Shown: positions 51,181 through 63,094 of the stretch, in pieces
Layout: each line of letters begins with the position of its first letter
How positions within the stretch are numbered: the stretch's first letter is position 1
DNA from: Felis catus
Taxonomy: Eukaryota
Assembly: GCF_018350175.1 (NCBI RefSeq)
Contig: NC_058383.1
Coordinates: 8,310,001 to 8,374,000, forward strand
Direction of reading: 5' to 3'
Length of the DNA: 64,000 nucleotides
Program-made: the position numbers and the translations under genes
The notes under the pieces: model-generated
Told to the model about the DNA's origin: nothing
Database searches by the model: none
Seen by the model: only the letters and a program-made list of their open reading frames with translations

Positions 51181-52368
51181 TAGTCACACACCGGGAGCTG
51201 AACCCCACAGGTGGACAAATCCATCTTCTCATGGGCTTTACTGCAGGAGTTTGCACAGGGCCCAAAGTCACTGCACATCCACCTCTTCTCTCTGGTTGGA
51301 GGGGCCTAGCTGGAGGGGTGTGGCCTAGCCAGAGAGGGCGTGGCCTGATGGGTGCATGGCCTGGCTGGGGGCGTGGTAGTGAATTAAAAGGCAAAAGAAA
51401 CCAGGACCTAGTCAAGACAAGATTTCTCTCCCCACCCCCCCATAACAGTTTCCAGCAGAGAGTGAGGTGACCAAAGTCTCACCAGTAGAGGAAGGTCCTT
51501 CACACCCTTCAAGGCTCCAATGGGGAGGAGGGAGGCACTAAAAGAATGTGTGACCCAAGGCTGAACTCTTGGGTAGATCAGGGCTGACCGGATATGTAGT
51601 AAGATAGAAAGGTGCCAGTCCTTTCTGTGCTGGGCCCAGCCCAGCTCTTGTCACATTGGGGAAACTGAGGCCACTTAGGACCTCTGTGTTCCTGTGGTTC
51701 TCTGTGAACACACCTGGCCAGCTCCACCCTCTGTCCCCACAGCATCTGACCCCATTGACCTCCTGGGAGCTTTCTTCTCCTAACTGGGCTTAGGAGTTTT
51801 GGCTGGAGTCCAAGGTCTCCAGGGGGATTTTAGGAATCTCTTCCAGCTGGGCCTGCTTGGGTTGGCCTTCTGGTGACATCCACCCTGCACATGCCCGCTG
51901 CTTGTGGATCCATCTCACAGAGGGAGCTGGGTGTCTGGGGACAGGACCACCCGTGTGCCCTGGCTCCCCCTGTCAAGGTCTTATGGCCCAAGCCTCACAG
52001 TGGTCTCACTCGGCCTCTAGACTTTTCTGCCGTCGGCGAGGGTCCTCTTGGCCTGGGGAGTCAGCTTCTCTCAGGAACTGGGTCCTGAATTCTGGATACA
52101 GAGCCATCACCAGCCGTGCTGACTGAAGGCAAGTGGCAGGTAGATTGACAGTGGGTGGGCAGAGCCCGGCAGTGACAGCCCAAGGGCAAGGGCACGGGTG
52201 GCAGCAGCAAAGAGTCCAGGATCCTGAAGTCCTTAGAGCTGATCCAATACAAACCCCTTTTACAGATGAGAAAACTGAGGTGCGGAGAGGTCACATAAGG
52301 GCTTCTCCAGCCTCACAGTGAGTTTCCACAGTCTTTCCACTGACCACACCAAGGAGTGAGTCCCTCTC

Positions 52369-52369
<1 letters not shown>

Positions 52370-52424
<55 letters not shown>
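52370..52424. repeat. Compound (TC)n(AC)n microsatellite
   Basis: Directly visible. Confidence 0.95.
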
Positions 52425-52426
<2 letters not shown>

Positions 52427-53901
52427 TGGTTTGTTTGGCACATCTACACTTCGGATGCCCACATATTGGCATCAGAGTTCCTGACACACTTTCCTGCATC
52501 CTAGACACCAGAAAATATGCGGTGGCCCCCGGGCACTCGTGGGCCTGTGTGTGCTAGGAAGGGGGCTGGGAACGTGGGGACTCTCGGAATCTCAGGAAGT
52601 CAAAGTTTTCATCTGAGTGTGGGGCAACCGAGGCCCAGGGCCAGTGGACGGGGCCTGGTCCCCTCACCGAGGCGCTCAGCACCCTCAGTGCCCTCTCCGC
52701 CTTCCCACGGCTCCCGTGAATAGTTAGAAAAGTTGAAACAAACATAATGTAATTGCTTGTCGATGACAGAATGCCAAGGAAACCATAAAACCCACCAGGC
52801 CTCAGCGCCTGCCCAGGCAGGTGGCACCGGGAGGCCGAGCTGGCAGCCTCACCCCTGCCCCGCTGGCTGGGCCTCCTGGGCCTCTCTGCGGCTGGGGAAC
52901 CAGACCCCCTGTGCCCGCTGACGGCCAAGCCGCACCTCACCTGCCAAGCGGGGTGCCCAGTGCCAGAGCAAACTGGGCCTGGGCCCAGCACACTTTCCAG
53001 AAATAGGTTCCTGTGAGAGCCTGAGGCTCGCCCCTCCCTCCACAGCTCTTACCCCTTGCAGAGAATCCCCTGTGTTGCCTCAGACCCTGGAAATGCTGTG
53101 TTCACGGCCCCTAAACCCCTAAAGGCCTCAGGAATGTTCACTGGGCCAGGCTGGGGCTCCCCAGCTTCCGTCAGGCCTCCTGCCCTTCCCACTGGCCCCC
53201 AGGGTGGGGTGGGGCCCTCCTGGCCATGGCAGAGGTCCGGGGCTCAGGCAGAAAAGTCACTTCTTCACACTCTCCAGAGTCCGTGCCTGCTGCCCGGGAA
53301 GACACAACTGCTGGGGAGGGTTCTCGGGCCTTTGCCCTGAGGGCAGGCCTCCTCCTTCTTACCCCCCAGCCACCCACCTCATCAGTATTAACAGGGGCCC
53401 CAGGGGGAGGAGGCAATGGTTAGGGAGGTGCGGGTGGGGGGTAAGGCAGGTGGGTGGGGGGTGGGTAGATAGGTGGAATTAGCTCAGCGGGTGGACGGAT
53501 GGGACCCTCTTTGTTTTGGTCTCTGTCTTTCCATTAAAGCCTTCTTTTAAGGCCCAGGAACCCTGCCTGTTTTCAGGAGGGAGGCGTTGAAAGCCCCCAG
53601 GGCTTTCACACACTCTCTGTGTGTGCAGTTTGGCCTTGCAGACTGGGGGCTTCTGGGGACCCTGCCATTTCACCCGGGGCGTCTGTGGCTTTTCCTCTGA
53701 GACCCGTCCCTGTCCCCAGAGAGGATCCCTCACCTCCTCTGCCTGGCCTTCCAGCCAGGACAGCCTTCCAGCCTCCTGGAGGCTCTGACGCCCTCTTCCC
53801 ACGTGGGCCTGGGCTCCTGGCTGCATTTCATTTACTGGCATCATCCGCCGAGCATTCTCCCCTGCCCTTCTCTTAGCTTCGTGGTTTATACATTTTCCTT
53901 G

Positions 53902-53931
53902 CTTTCTTTTTAAAATTTACTTATTTATTTT

Positions 53932-53964
<33 letters not shown>

Positions 53965-54126
53965 TATGAGCAAGGGAGGGGCAGGGAGAGAGGGAGAGAG
54001 AGAATCCCAAGCAGGCTCCATGCTGTGAGCGCAGAGCCTGACCCCGGGCTCCATCTCAGGCACCGTGAGATCATGACCTGAGCCGAAATCAAGGTCGCTT
54101 AACCGACTGAGCCACCCAGGCCCCCC
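53902..54126 (-). mobile_element. CanSINE
   Basis: Consensus body and head. Confidence 0.92.
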
Positions 54127-55044
54127 TGTACCCTTTTGTTTCTTCACCACCCTTTCCTGGGAGAAACTAGGGGGAAGCATGGGGGGGGGGTCCAGCAGAA
54201 AACTCCCATGTTTCAGCAGAAAACCTCTTCGTCCCTCACTGGTCCTTCGTGAAGTCCTACCCCCTCCCAGCCACGTCACTGTACATTCTTCTAGTTGTTT
54301 GAAAGTTTCAGTGTTTATACCTCAGTCTCTAATCTGTTTTAGGTATCAGGGTTACCGACACGGTTTTATTGAGGGGGAAAAAAAGAGTTCTGTTCCTAAA
54401 AAATGCTTATAAACCACTGACTGAGCCCAGCCCAGGGGAGCCGGGGAGGGGAAGGAGGGTGAGCAGGGCCTCTCCGAGCCCACATAATTCATCTTGTAAA
54501 CCGAGCCAGGGCTGGTGAGCACACCGCCAGTGTCAACCCCCCTTGCCCTGAGGCCGGGCACCCCTGGGGAGGACACAGCCCGTACCATGGTCCTGAGACC
54601 CCTGGCCGTCCCCCACATGCCTCGCCGAGCAATCACCACTGAACGAGGAACATTAGTGAGGTGATCTGCTTCCAGAGATGACGTTGGGGGCCTCTCCAAG
54701 GACAGGGGAGACCAGTGGGGGGCAGGTACAGACGCTGCCGGTGAGCTTCAGGCCTCACCGTGGCCACGGGGCCTCTGACAGCCCCAGCACACCAAGTGGG
54801 ACCTAATGAGTTACCCTCAAACCTCTTGTGCGTCGGCGTGTCTGTTCATCCTGAATGAGGTTCCAGGAAGGTCAGGCTTTGAACCGAGTGAGAGATTTAG
54901 GCATCCCTTGATTTCTGGGGCCATAAAAGCTCTTGAGAACAGCTTTGAACCATCTATTTCCTCTTTAAAGAGCTCGGTTCCTGGGGCAGACAGACATAAA
55001 TAGGTAATTATAGCCCAGGGAGATGTGTGCCTGGGGGGTTAGCC

Positions 55045-55470
55045 GTTAGTGGTCTCCTAATTGGCCTTCCGGCTTCCAGCCCCTCCCACGCCCACCCATT
55101 GTACACTCTGTTGCCAGAATGAGTTTTTCAAAAATGCAAATCTGACCTTGACTTTGACCCCCTCCCACAGCTGCCCCCGGCCTCAGGACGCTGCCCAGAG
55201 CTCCTTCTGCCAGGCCTCCTCCGCTCGGGCCAGCCTACCGCTCCAGACTGGGGGGGGAAGAGGTGGGGTGGGGGGGGGGAGAGGGTCGGCCAGGTTGCTG
55301 CCAGACCCTTCTCTTTCCTTGCCTGTCTGCAGACCTCAGCCCTCTTCCCTCACCTGCCCAGTCATTGTGCAACCCTTAGGCCCCGCCTTAGATGCTGCTG
55401 CTTCCAGGAGGTCCTCCCTGACCACCACCGCCCCCACCCCAGATTGGCATCACTGTCCCCCATGACGCCC
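55045..55470 (+). mobile_element. L2 remnant
   Basis: gtctcctaattggccttccggcttcc, tttttcaaaaatgcaaatctgacc and cttccaggaggtcctccctgacc. Confidence 0.55.
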
Positions 55471-55666
55471 TTTTGCACATTCTATTCTTACAGCCAGATC
55501 AGACAGGCTGCATGGAGGAGGGGGCGCTGAGGATAAGGCCCCGAAGGACGGGTAAGAGTTTGCCAGGCAAACCGATCGGCGAGCTCCCCACCTGCCCAGA
55601 GGCTATCCTGGTGGCTGGCTGCTCTCAGCCCAGGGTCTACACTCCATTCTCACCTTTCTCTTTCAG

Positions 55667-55728
55667 AATGCATGAACTGTACCCGGCTCAGCGACATGAG
55701 TGAGAGGCTAACCACGCTGGAGGCCAAG
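55667..55728 (+). CDS. COL26A1: Collagen type XXVI alpha 1 (EMID2) internal coding exon (probable exon 4), 62 nt, phase 1 to 0
   Basis: Acceptor ctcacctttctctttcag|AATGC and donor GCCAAG|gtcaga. Translates (G)AA-CMNCTRLSDMSERLTTLEAK, matching my recollection of the COL26A1 segment just after the EMI domain. Confidence 0.95.
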
Positions 55729-56206
55729 GTCAGACGGCCTGGGGAGCTGGCGGGTGTGTGCGCGAGGGTTGTGGATCAGGTTCCTGCAGGGTGTGACTGG
55801 GGAAAGCCCGGCCCTGAGCAGCCTGGTCCCAGGGGTCGGGTGCTGCTGGGGCCTCAGCGGTTCTGGGTGGTCTACTCTGGGCTGCCTCCTGGTGTGGGGG
55901 AGGGGAGCAGGGAAAGCAAGAGATCTGGTCCCGGACAGCAGGCTGGTCTGGGTGTGGGCCTCAGTGGCTGGCGGGGCTGGATATCTAGAAGCCGACCCCT
56001 CAGTGGAAAAAGGAGGGAGCCCTGTCCCCCCAGAGGCTGCTGCCCCCCGTTCTGGCTCCTCCTCTCCCCGCCTGGCACACGTCTGGGCACAGACAAGCCG
56101 ATGGAGGAGGAGCTGCCTGGCACCAGCCAGCTCTCGCCCCGCCTATGTCAGGGTGGAGCGGGTCACCCCAGAGGCAGAAGGACCGAATAAAGAATGAGTT
56201 AATTTA

Positions 56207-56452
56207 GGGGCGCCTGGGTGGCTCATTCAGTTAAGTGTCTGACTCTCGATTTCGGCTCAGGTCACGGTCTCCCGGTTCGCGGGATCGAGCCCCACGTCGG
56301 GCTCTGCGCTCAGTGTGGAGCCTGCTTGAGATTCTCTCTCTGCCTCTTTCTCTCTGCCTCTCCCCTGCTTGTGCTCTCTGTCTCTCTGTCTCTCTCTCAA
56401 AGTAAATAAATACACTTTTAAAAAGAAAAAAAGAAAGAAAAGAAGAGGAAAA
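56207..56452 (+). mobile_element. CanSINE
   Basis: ggggcgcctgggtggctcattcagttaagtgtctgact; TSD-like agttaattta / aggtaattta. Confidence 0.93.
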
Positions 56453-58399
56453 GGTAATTTATTTGGGAGTAGCCCGAGGCAGCTCTGGGGAAGGGAGGAC
56501 GTGTGAGGCACAGGTGTGGCAACAGGCGGGTTCCCCGGGTGGACACCGGGGGACCCTGTCCATCTGGCCCCTCTGAGAGACAGTGCCTGGGACAGAGTCT
56601 GCCAGGGGACGAGGCAGCTGGCGGTGTCTACCATCCCTCCGTGGGAGACGCTTCTGCCGGGCTATCTCCACCGTCACCTCATGTCCCCTGCCTCACCGGC
56701 CTGCTGGCATTGTTCCTGTGGCCCGAGAAAGCCCCAGCGGCGAGTCTCGGGTCTCCCGTGCCTGCAGGAAGAAGCCATAGCTGGGGACTGCGGGCCGAGT
56801 CCCGACTGGGGACGAGCCCCATTCTCCTTTTTGTCCCAGGGTGGCTGCTGGGGGACGAGGCTGCTGTACCTTCACATATCTGAGGAGCCTCCTGGGGCCT
56901 GGGGCTGCCGGGGTGGCCCGGCCCAAGAAGGAGGGTCCCGGTGTAGGAGGCGGGTGTGAGGGCAGCCAGGGTGGGGACAGAGCACTGGGGCGGGCCGAGT
57001 GTGGCAGGGCCACAGAGCAGGCCCAAAGGTCGGGCCCCTCCCAGAAGAGCCTGCCTAGCAGGTCTTCGCAGCAGACGCACAAACACACGAGAACACACAC
57101 AGACACACACACAGCCCTCGCATCCCCCTCTGGCCCTGCCTCTTGCCCTGAAAGCCTGGCCGTGGGGGCCCCTGCCCGGCGAGACGGGGCTGCGGATGAC
57201 CGTCACCCGGAGTCAGACATGAGTGGGACTGTCACCGGCAGCTGGGTGACTCTCCCCGGGCTCCCGGCAGCTCCCTGGACATGGGGGGACTAGGGGACCT
57301 TGTACCCTCCTTGGGGTCAGTGGCTCCATGAGGGTGGGGTGGAGGCCATCAGGGAACAGATGTTGTCACGTGGGCCAGGCTGGGGCTGGGGAAGCCCCGG
57401 GAGGGTGGGGGTGCTGGGGAAAACCCCGGGGCGAACGTCTGGCCCCCGAGATTTTACAAAGAGGAGGGGTCCTCAAACCAGCGGGCCTGACGGACATTTT
57501 CCAGCACCTGAAGCTTCTGAGTGGTTTGGCAGAGTATTGGCCGACAGCCCGCCCTGGCCCCAGCCCGGCACCTCGGGGTGTTACAAGTCACAGCCCTGGG
57601 GGCAGAATGGCACAGGGCTAGCCGTCCTCTGCCCAGCTGGCCCTGGCCCTCCCTCCGAGAGCAATTGCTCCCTGTCCTCCCGCCCTGACACATCGCCCGG
57701 CCACAACAGCAGGCCACGAGGGGGCTCCGAGGTGAGGGTCGTGACCCCTCTGCAGACCCTGGTGTTGGGGGGGGTCGCGTGCCTGCCCAGGAATGGCTCT
57801 GCCTCACCGGGTCCCTGCCCAGCTCCGGGCCTCCGTCCACTGTCCTGTGAAATGGATCGGGAGTCGCTGGCCCGCCCACCCCCCACCCTCACCGGGTTGT
57901 TCTGGGGGAGGGGGTACAGGGGTGAGCTTTGGAGAGGAGAGGGGGACGTGGTCGGCATCTGGGGAGTGCGAAGAGGCAGCTGCCACCGCCCTCCTTCTGG
58001 ATTCCCAGCTCAGGGATGGGCGATTCGGGTCTCAGTGTCTGTGCGTTATCTGGGTCACCTTCTAGCTGTTCACCTGCCTGCTACATGCCTGAGTGTCCCC
58101 TGGGGAAACAGAGCCCCTGAGTGGGCTCAGGTCTGAGGGCCCTGAGAGGTGGCGGCCTGGAGAGGGAGGGGGATGGAAGCTGGCCGCACTGCCGGGACAG
58201 CCCTGCTGAGGCCAGGTGAGCCTGCTGGGCTCAGAGACGACAGGGGGCAGGATCGGTGGCTGTGGTCTGGCCGGTGAGAGCCAGGCAGGCGAAGCCCAGG
58301 TGGGGAGCCAGAAGCCAGACGGCTGGCATAAGAGAGCGGCAACCCAGAGGCCTGGAAACTGTGGCTGCTGCCCCTTCAGACAGGTAGCCTGCTTTGGTG

Positions 58400-58800
58400 T
58401 CTCAGAGGGATGTGCTCAGCTATAAGTAACAGAAACCCAGCCAGCGGCACGTTATTCTTTAAAGACATTTATTGTTTGTTCAACAAGAAGTCCAGCAGTA
58501 GGTGGTCTTGGGATTGGTTTGGTGGCTTAAGAACTCAAGCTCTTCACAGCCTTCCCCTCCACCTCCTTAGCGGATTGGCTTTTGTCCTCGTGGTTAGTGC
58601 CTCATGGTTACAAAGTGGCTGCTGCAGCTCAAGGCATCGCATCCTCATACCATGTTCAGAGGCAGGATGTAGAGGATAAGGCAAAGCACCCTAATGGGCT
58701 CTTCTGTCTCGTCGACCAGCACCAGGCTGTATGCCTGCCTCCTAGTTGCAAGAGAGTTGGGGAAATAAGTACCTGGCTGATCATGATTCCTCCTCTGGGG
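58400..58800 (-). mobile_element. MLT1J-like MaLR LTR remnant
   Basis: cagctataagtaacagaaaccc and cctcatggttacaaagtggctgctgcagctc. Confidence 0.65.
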
Positions 58801-60990
58801 CACACCCACAGGTACACAATAGGGGGCTCTCATGTCCGGCAGCCATCAGGTCTGCTCCCTCTTCACTCGCTGCAAGTGCCTGAGTTCCCAGAAGGTCCAG
58901 ACCTAGGAGCTGATCTGGGACGCCTGCCACCCTCTTTTCCTGGCGGGGTGGAAGGCCAGGAGGAAGAAGTCTCCTGACTTCCTTCTTCTCCTCCCCCTCA
59001 GTTTAGACTCCACGGGCCGCATGGTGTGGGAGGGAGCCCGAGAGGATTCCCCCGTGTGAGGGTCAGAAGCCTCGGAGTTAGCCGGTCCCCGGTGCAGGAG
59101 GGCAGCCTCCCGCCCAGTCAACCAGGCCACAATGATGTCATCGGAGCCACTGCCCTCCAAGTCTGGCTGCACTCTAGTTTTCTCGGGTCAGGTCTCCATG
59201 CCCACTGCTGCCTGCCCTGGTGAGGTCGTCCGCCCGGGTGGGATCGGTTTCTCCAGGAGGCCGGCCACGGCCAGGCGTGGGAGGTGCCCAACGAAGAAGT
59301 GAGGGGGGCCTTTTGGGAGGGGGCGAGGCTGCAGGTGGCAGGTCCCCTGGGGGTGGGTCCAGAGCCCTGCTGGCGAAGGGGAACACGTAGGCCTGATCCC
59401 AGGAGCCCAGGGAGGGTGCCCTCCCAGGAACCCTGGCTGCCCCCAGCCCCCTGTTGCTCCTGAGGACTCCCTGGAAGTATGTCTATCTTGAGGTCCCCCA
59501 GAGACACTGCAGTTCAGCCCGGCCCCCTGTGTGGTCACCTGCACCCCCCAAACCCACCTTCTCCCGGGCCCCTGTCTGACTGGTGACGATCCCACGGTCC
59601 CGGGAGCCAGGCCGGAATCAGGGGACCCACTCCTGCCTTCACCCGTGCTCCTGCCCCTGGGCTCCCCATCACGTGTCACTGACCCCCAACTCCTCCGCTG
59701 CCCCAGAGCCCCCAGCCTCGGCCGTGGCTGGTCAGCTTCCCAGCGACACTCAGTGGCTGGGCAGAAACCATCCCACTTCCCTCCCAGGGCCCGGGGGGCG
59801 TGGGGAGGGATGGACTTTCACCCCACCCCCGGCCGCTGTGTGATAATAGCCAGCTGCTCCCCTCGTGGGTGCTTCCATGAGGTTCTGCCAAGGCCCAGGC
59901 CGTGGCCAAGCTGTGGACAGGTGGACAGGGCACTGCGTGGGACCCTGGGCCCAGCCTACTTGCCGGGTGACCTTGGGCGAGTCACTTGCAATCTCTGAGC
60001 CTTTATTTCCACCTCTCCTGTGATGGGCCGTGGTGACCCTTCCTGCCTCCTGGGGCCTTGGAAGGGCCAGAGGGGGAGGGGCCCGGAGACGTAGCCCTGG
60101 GGGTTGCCCACTGGCCCAACACAGATGGAGACTCTGAGACCTGGTGCGGGGTGCCACTCTGTTCCCTAGATCCTCAGAGACTGTCACCCAGGCCCAGGGA
60201 CACTGTGGGACTGGTGGGAGGGAGTGCTCAGGGGCCCCTTTGTCACCCCCCGCCCCCCACCGCACACACACACCAGAACCTCAGCCCAGCCCAGGCCTGG
60301 GTGCCGTGAAGGCCGCTCTTTGTCCCCGGGACCCACCAGCAGCAGCAGGAGGAGCTGGGGCCCAGTGTGCTTGACACGGTCAGTGTCTGCTTTGCTGACG
60401 GGAAAACTGAGGGCCGCCGAGGTCGCAACACTTGCACAAGCTCACACAGCAGCCGCCTAGTGGGAGAGCCGGATTCAAACCAGCTCGCATGGCAGCAGGG
60501 CCTGAGCCCCACCCCCATCGGGAGGCACTTAACCCGTGCAGGGCTCTGGGGACCAGGAGCCAGGAGGGCCCCTGCCCCCCGGCTGGCCTGCTGGCCCTGC
60601 TCCCACCTGTGGCTGTTGATACAAAGCGATCGTGCAGGGGTGAAGGGAAGGGCTGGCGGGGTGGCCCGCCACTGGTGGCCCTCTGAGGGCATGGAGGTGG
60701 GGGGGCTCAGGGCAGGAGGGACCCTGGGGTGGTGCCGGGCAGCTGGAGCAAAGCTGGTGAGGCCCAGGAGGAGCAGGGCAGGCCGAGAAGGGCGCCTCTC
60801 TGCTTGGGAAGCGTGGGGCCACTGGCGGTTTCTTTGGGGGGGGCTCCCCAGAGTTCTCTTTGCCCAAAGTCCTCGTCTCCTACCATGTAGGGAGGCCCCA
60901 GGAGGGGATGGGGGTAGGTAGAGAGCCTGGGACCATAGACCCAGGGCTGGAGCCAGGGCTGGGCAGGCCAAGGGGCACGGGGCGGGAGGT

Positions 60991-61037
60991 GGGGTGGGGT
61001 GGGGTGGGGCGGGGTGGGGCGGGGTGGCGGGTTGGGG
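60991..61037 (+). repeat. (GGGGY)n G-run tandem repeat
   Basis: ggggtggggtggggtggggcggggtggggcggggtggcgggttgggg. Confidence 0.9.
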
Positions 61038-61532
61038 CGGCCAGGCGCCCCGGCCCTGGCCCTGCCCGATGTGGGAGCAGCAGTCGGGGAATCCGTCAGG
61101 ATGCGGGGTTTGGCTCCCAAGGCTGGAGGCAACAAGAGACACCAGGCTTCCTCTCCTGCAGGCAGATCCGGGAGCAGAGACTCGGGGGCCGCTGTGGGTG
61201 GACCAGAAAGCCGACTCTGTGGGACAGGCCTGGGACCCCTTCTCTGGGGGTGGGCCTACTCTGGGTCTCAGCACCCGCCCTGCTGCTCGCTCAGATCCCT
61301 GGTGCGCAGCGCCCCCTGCTGAGCCTTTTGGAGACAGCAGGGACTCGCTGGGGCCTCTGAGGCCTGGCTCCCAGTTCACTTGAATTAGGGAGGCAGTGTC
61401 GCTGCCCAGGCCCTGGTCTTCGCAGTGTTTGACCCCCACCTCCCTCAAGGGGAGAGAACCGGGCAGCTTTCCACACTGCCTTTTGTTCTAGAGCCCCTAC
61501 TAAAAATCGTGCCCCAAGCCAGGACCATTTAT

Positions 61533-61753
61533 ATTCTTTTCTTTTTTTCTTGTTATGTTTATTTATTTTTGAGAGAGAGAGAGAGACAGAGCATGAGCAG
61601 GGGAGGGGCAGAGAGAGGGGGAGACACAGAATCCGAAGCGGGCTCCAGGCTCTGAGCTGTCAGCACAGAGCCCAACGCGGGGCTCAAACTCACGGACCGT
61701 GAGATCATGACCTGAGCCGAAGTCGGATGCTTAACCAGCTGAGCCGCCGCCCC
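61533..61753 (-). mobile_element. CanSINE
   Basis: Consensus body; TSD-like tatattctttt / tatatcctttt. Confidence 0.93.
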
Positions 61754-62177
61754 TATATCCTTTTCTTTCTCATTCTTTTTCTTTTTTTCTTCTCTAGTTT
61801 CCTCCCTCCTTCCTTCCTTCCCTCCCTCCACAACAGACCTCCATCCGTTGTCTGTGCCCTAAGCCAGGCCGTGTGAGGGACCAGTGCCCTGGGAGGAGCC
61901 AGGGAAGTGGGCGGGGGGGGGGTGACCACTGGTCTCTCACCACGGTGACGGCCGCTCCAGAAGCAAGGCTCAGGGAGTCTGAAGGTGTCCCAGTGGCAAC
62001 CTGCTTGAGCCCCGGGTCCAGGCTCTGGAAATGGGAAGGGGAGGAGGGCAGGGGTGGGAGAATATTCCAGAAGGGGAGCAGCAGTCCCACGAGGGGCGTG
62101 ATGTCTCCGGGGACACATATCTCGTACACGCGTGTCTCGGGCCTGGCGGGGGTCCTGACCTCTGCCCTTGTCCCCAG

Positions 62178-62334
62178 GTTCTCCTGCTGCAGACGGCAGA
62201 GCAGCCGGCAGGCCCGGGCAATGACCTGCCGGCCCCCCAGAGCACCCCACCACCCTGGAACGAGGACTTCCTCCCTGACGCCATCCCCCTCGCCCACCCA
62301 GGGCCCCGAAGGAGAAGGCCCACGGGCCCCGCCG
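62178..62334 (+). CDS. COL26A1: Collagen type XXVI alpha 1 internal coding exon (probable exon 5), 157 nt, phase 0 to 1
   Basis: Acceptor ctgacctctgcccttgtccccag|GTT and donor GCCG|gtgagt. Translates VLLLQTAEQPAGPGNDLPAPQSTPPPWNEDFLPDAIPLAHPGPRRRRPTGPA(G), in frame with the previous exon and similar to recalled human VLLLEAAERPSSPDNDLPAPESTPPTWNEDFLPDAIPLAHP. Confidence 0.95.
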
Positions 62335-62542
62335 GTGAGTGAGGCCTGCGGCCAAAGCGGCCTGAGCACGGCCTCCCAGGGCCTCTACCACGAGGTCACA
62401 CAGTAGGCCCTTTGGATCCAGCACGCTTCCTTGCTCTTTCGACACAGCGAGCGAACTTTTCAAAAGCAGGCGGGGGGCGGGGGGGGAGGGGTTCACACGA
62501 AAAACAGGATCTCTGGCTTCTCTTAGAAAAATGGAAGATCTT

Positions 62543-62772
62543 GGGGCGCCTGGGTGGCGCAGTCGGTTAAGCGTCCGACTTCAGCCAGGTCACGATCTCG
62601 CGGTCCGTGAGTTCGAGCCCCGCATCGGGCTCTGGGCTGACGGCTCAGAGCCTGGAGCCTGCTTCCGATTCTGTGTCTCCCTCTCTCTCTGCCCCTCCCC
62701 CGTTCATGCTCTGTCTCTCTCTGTCCCCAAAATAAATAAACGTTGAAAAAAAAAGAAAAAGAAAAAGAAAAA
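62543..62772 (+). mobile_element. CanSINE, young SINEC_Fc-type, perfect TSD
   Basis: TSD agaaaaatggaagatct at 62525-62541 and 62766-62782; CpGs intact. Confidence 0.97.
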
Positions 62773-63094
62773 TGGAAGATCTGGCCGTGGGGGTTTCAGT
62801 CCCTCCTGGAAACAGTTGGCTGCAGCCAGGTCACGGCTGCCTCTGCAGACCCCATGCGAACTGCTGAAGTCCCCATCCTTCCTTGTCGCCGTCGTTCAGT
62901 TTGGTACATGTCCTCATGACCTGCCCGCTGCCTCTTTGCACCTGTGCTCAGCCCCGCAACTCAGCCCCTGCCTTCTGGAGTTTACCGCCTCCCCTCACCT
63001 TCTGGGGCGGGGAGGGGCTCCCGGAACTCTCTGGCCGGGGTGTCGGGGGACATCTGCCACCGTGTTGTTTGCTCCTTCCCTCCTGTGTTTAAAA

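Larger units (their letters stand above)
1..55666 (+). other. COL26A1: 3' portion of the very large COL26A1 intron upstream of the ECMNC exon (probable intron 3)
   Basis: Ends at the AG acceptor at 55665-55666. I found no EMI-domain exon (YRTLIRPTY...WRCCPG type) in the window; the content is repeats and non-coding sequence. Confidence 0.75.
55729..62177 (+). other. COL26A1: COL26A1 intron (probable intron 4), GT-AG, phase 0, 6449 bp
   Basis: Bounded by gtcaga and ccccag between the two in-frame exons. Confidence 0.9.

Noticed and set aside
57300..58136. 278-aa plus-strand ORF in intron 4
   Set aside because: GC-rich chance ORF with no Gly-X-Y periodicity or homology.
60243..61448. Longest ORF in the track (401 aa, minus strand)
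   Set aside because: Pro/Gly/Ala/Arg-rich, runs through a G-run repeat and a MIR core in very GC-rich DNA, has a non-ATG start and no recognisable domain.
62543..62620. tRNA-like heads with A/B boxes
   Set aside because: tRNA-derived SINE heads, not tRNA genes.
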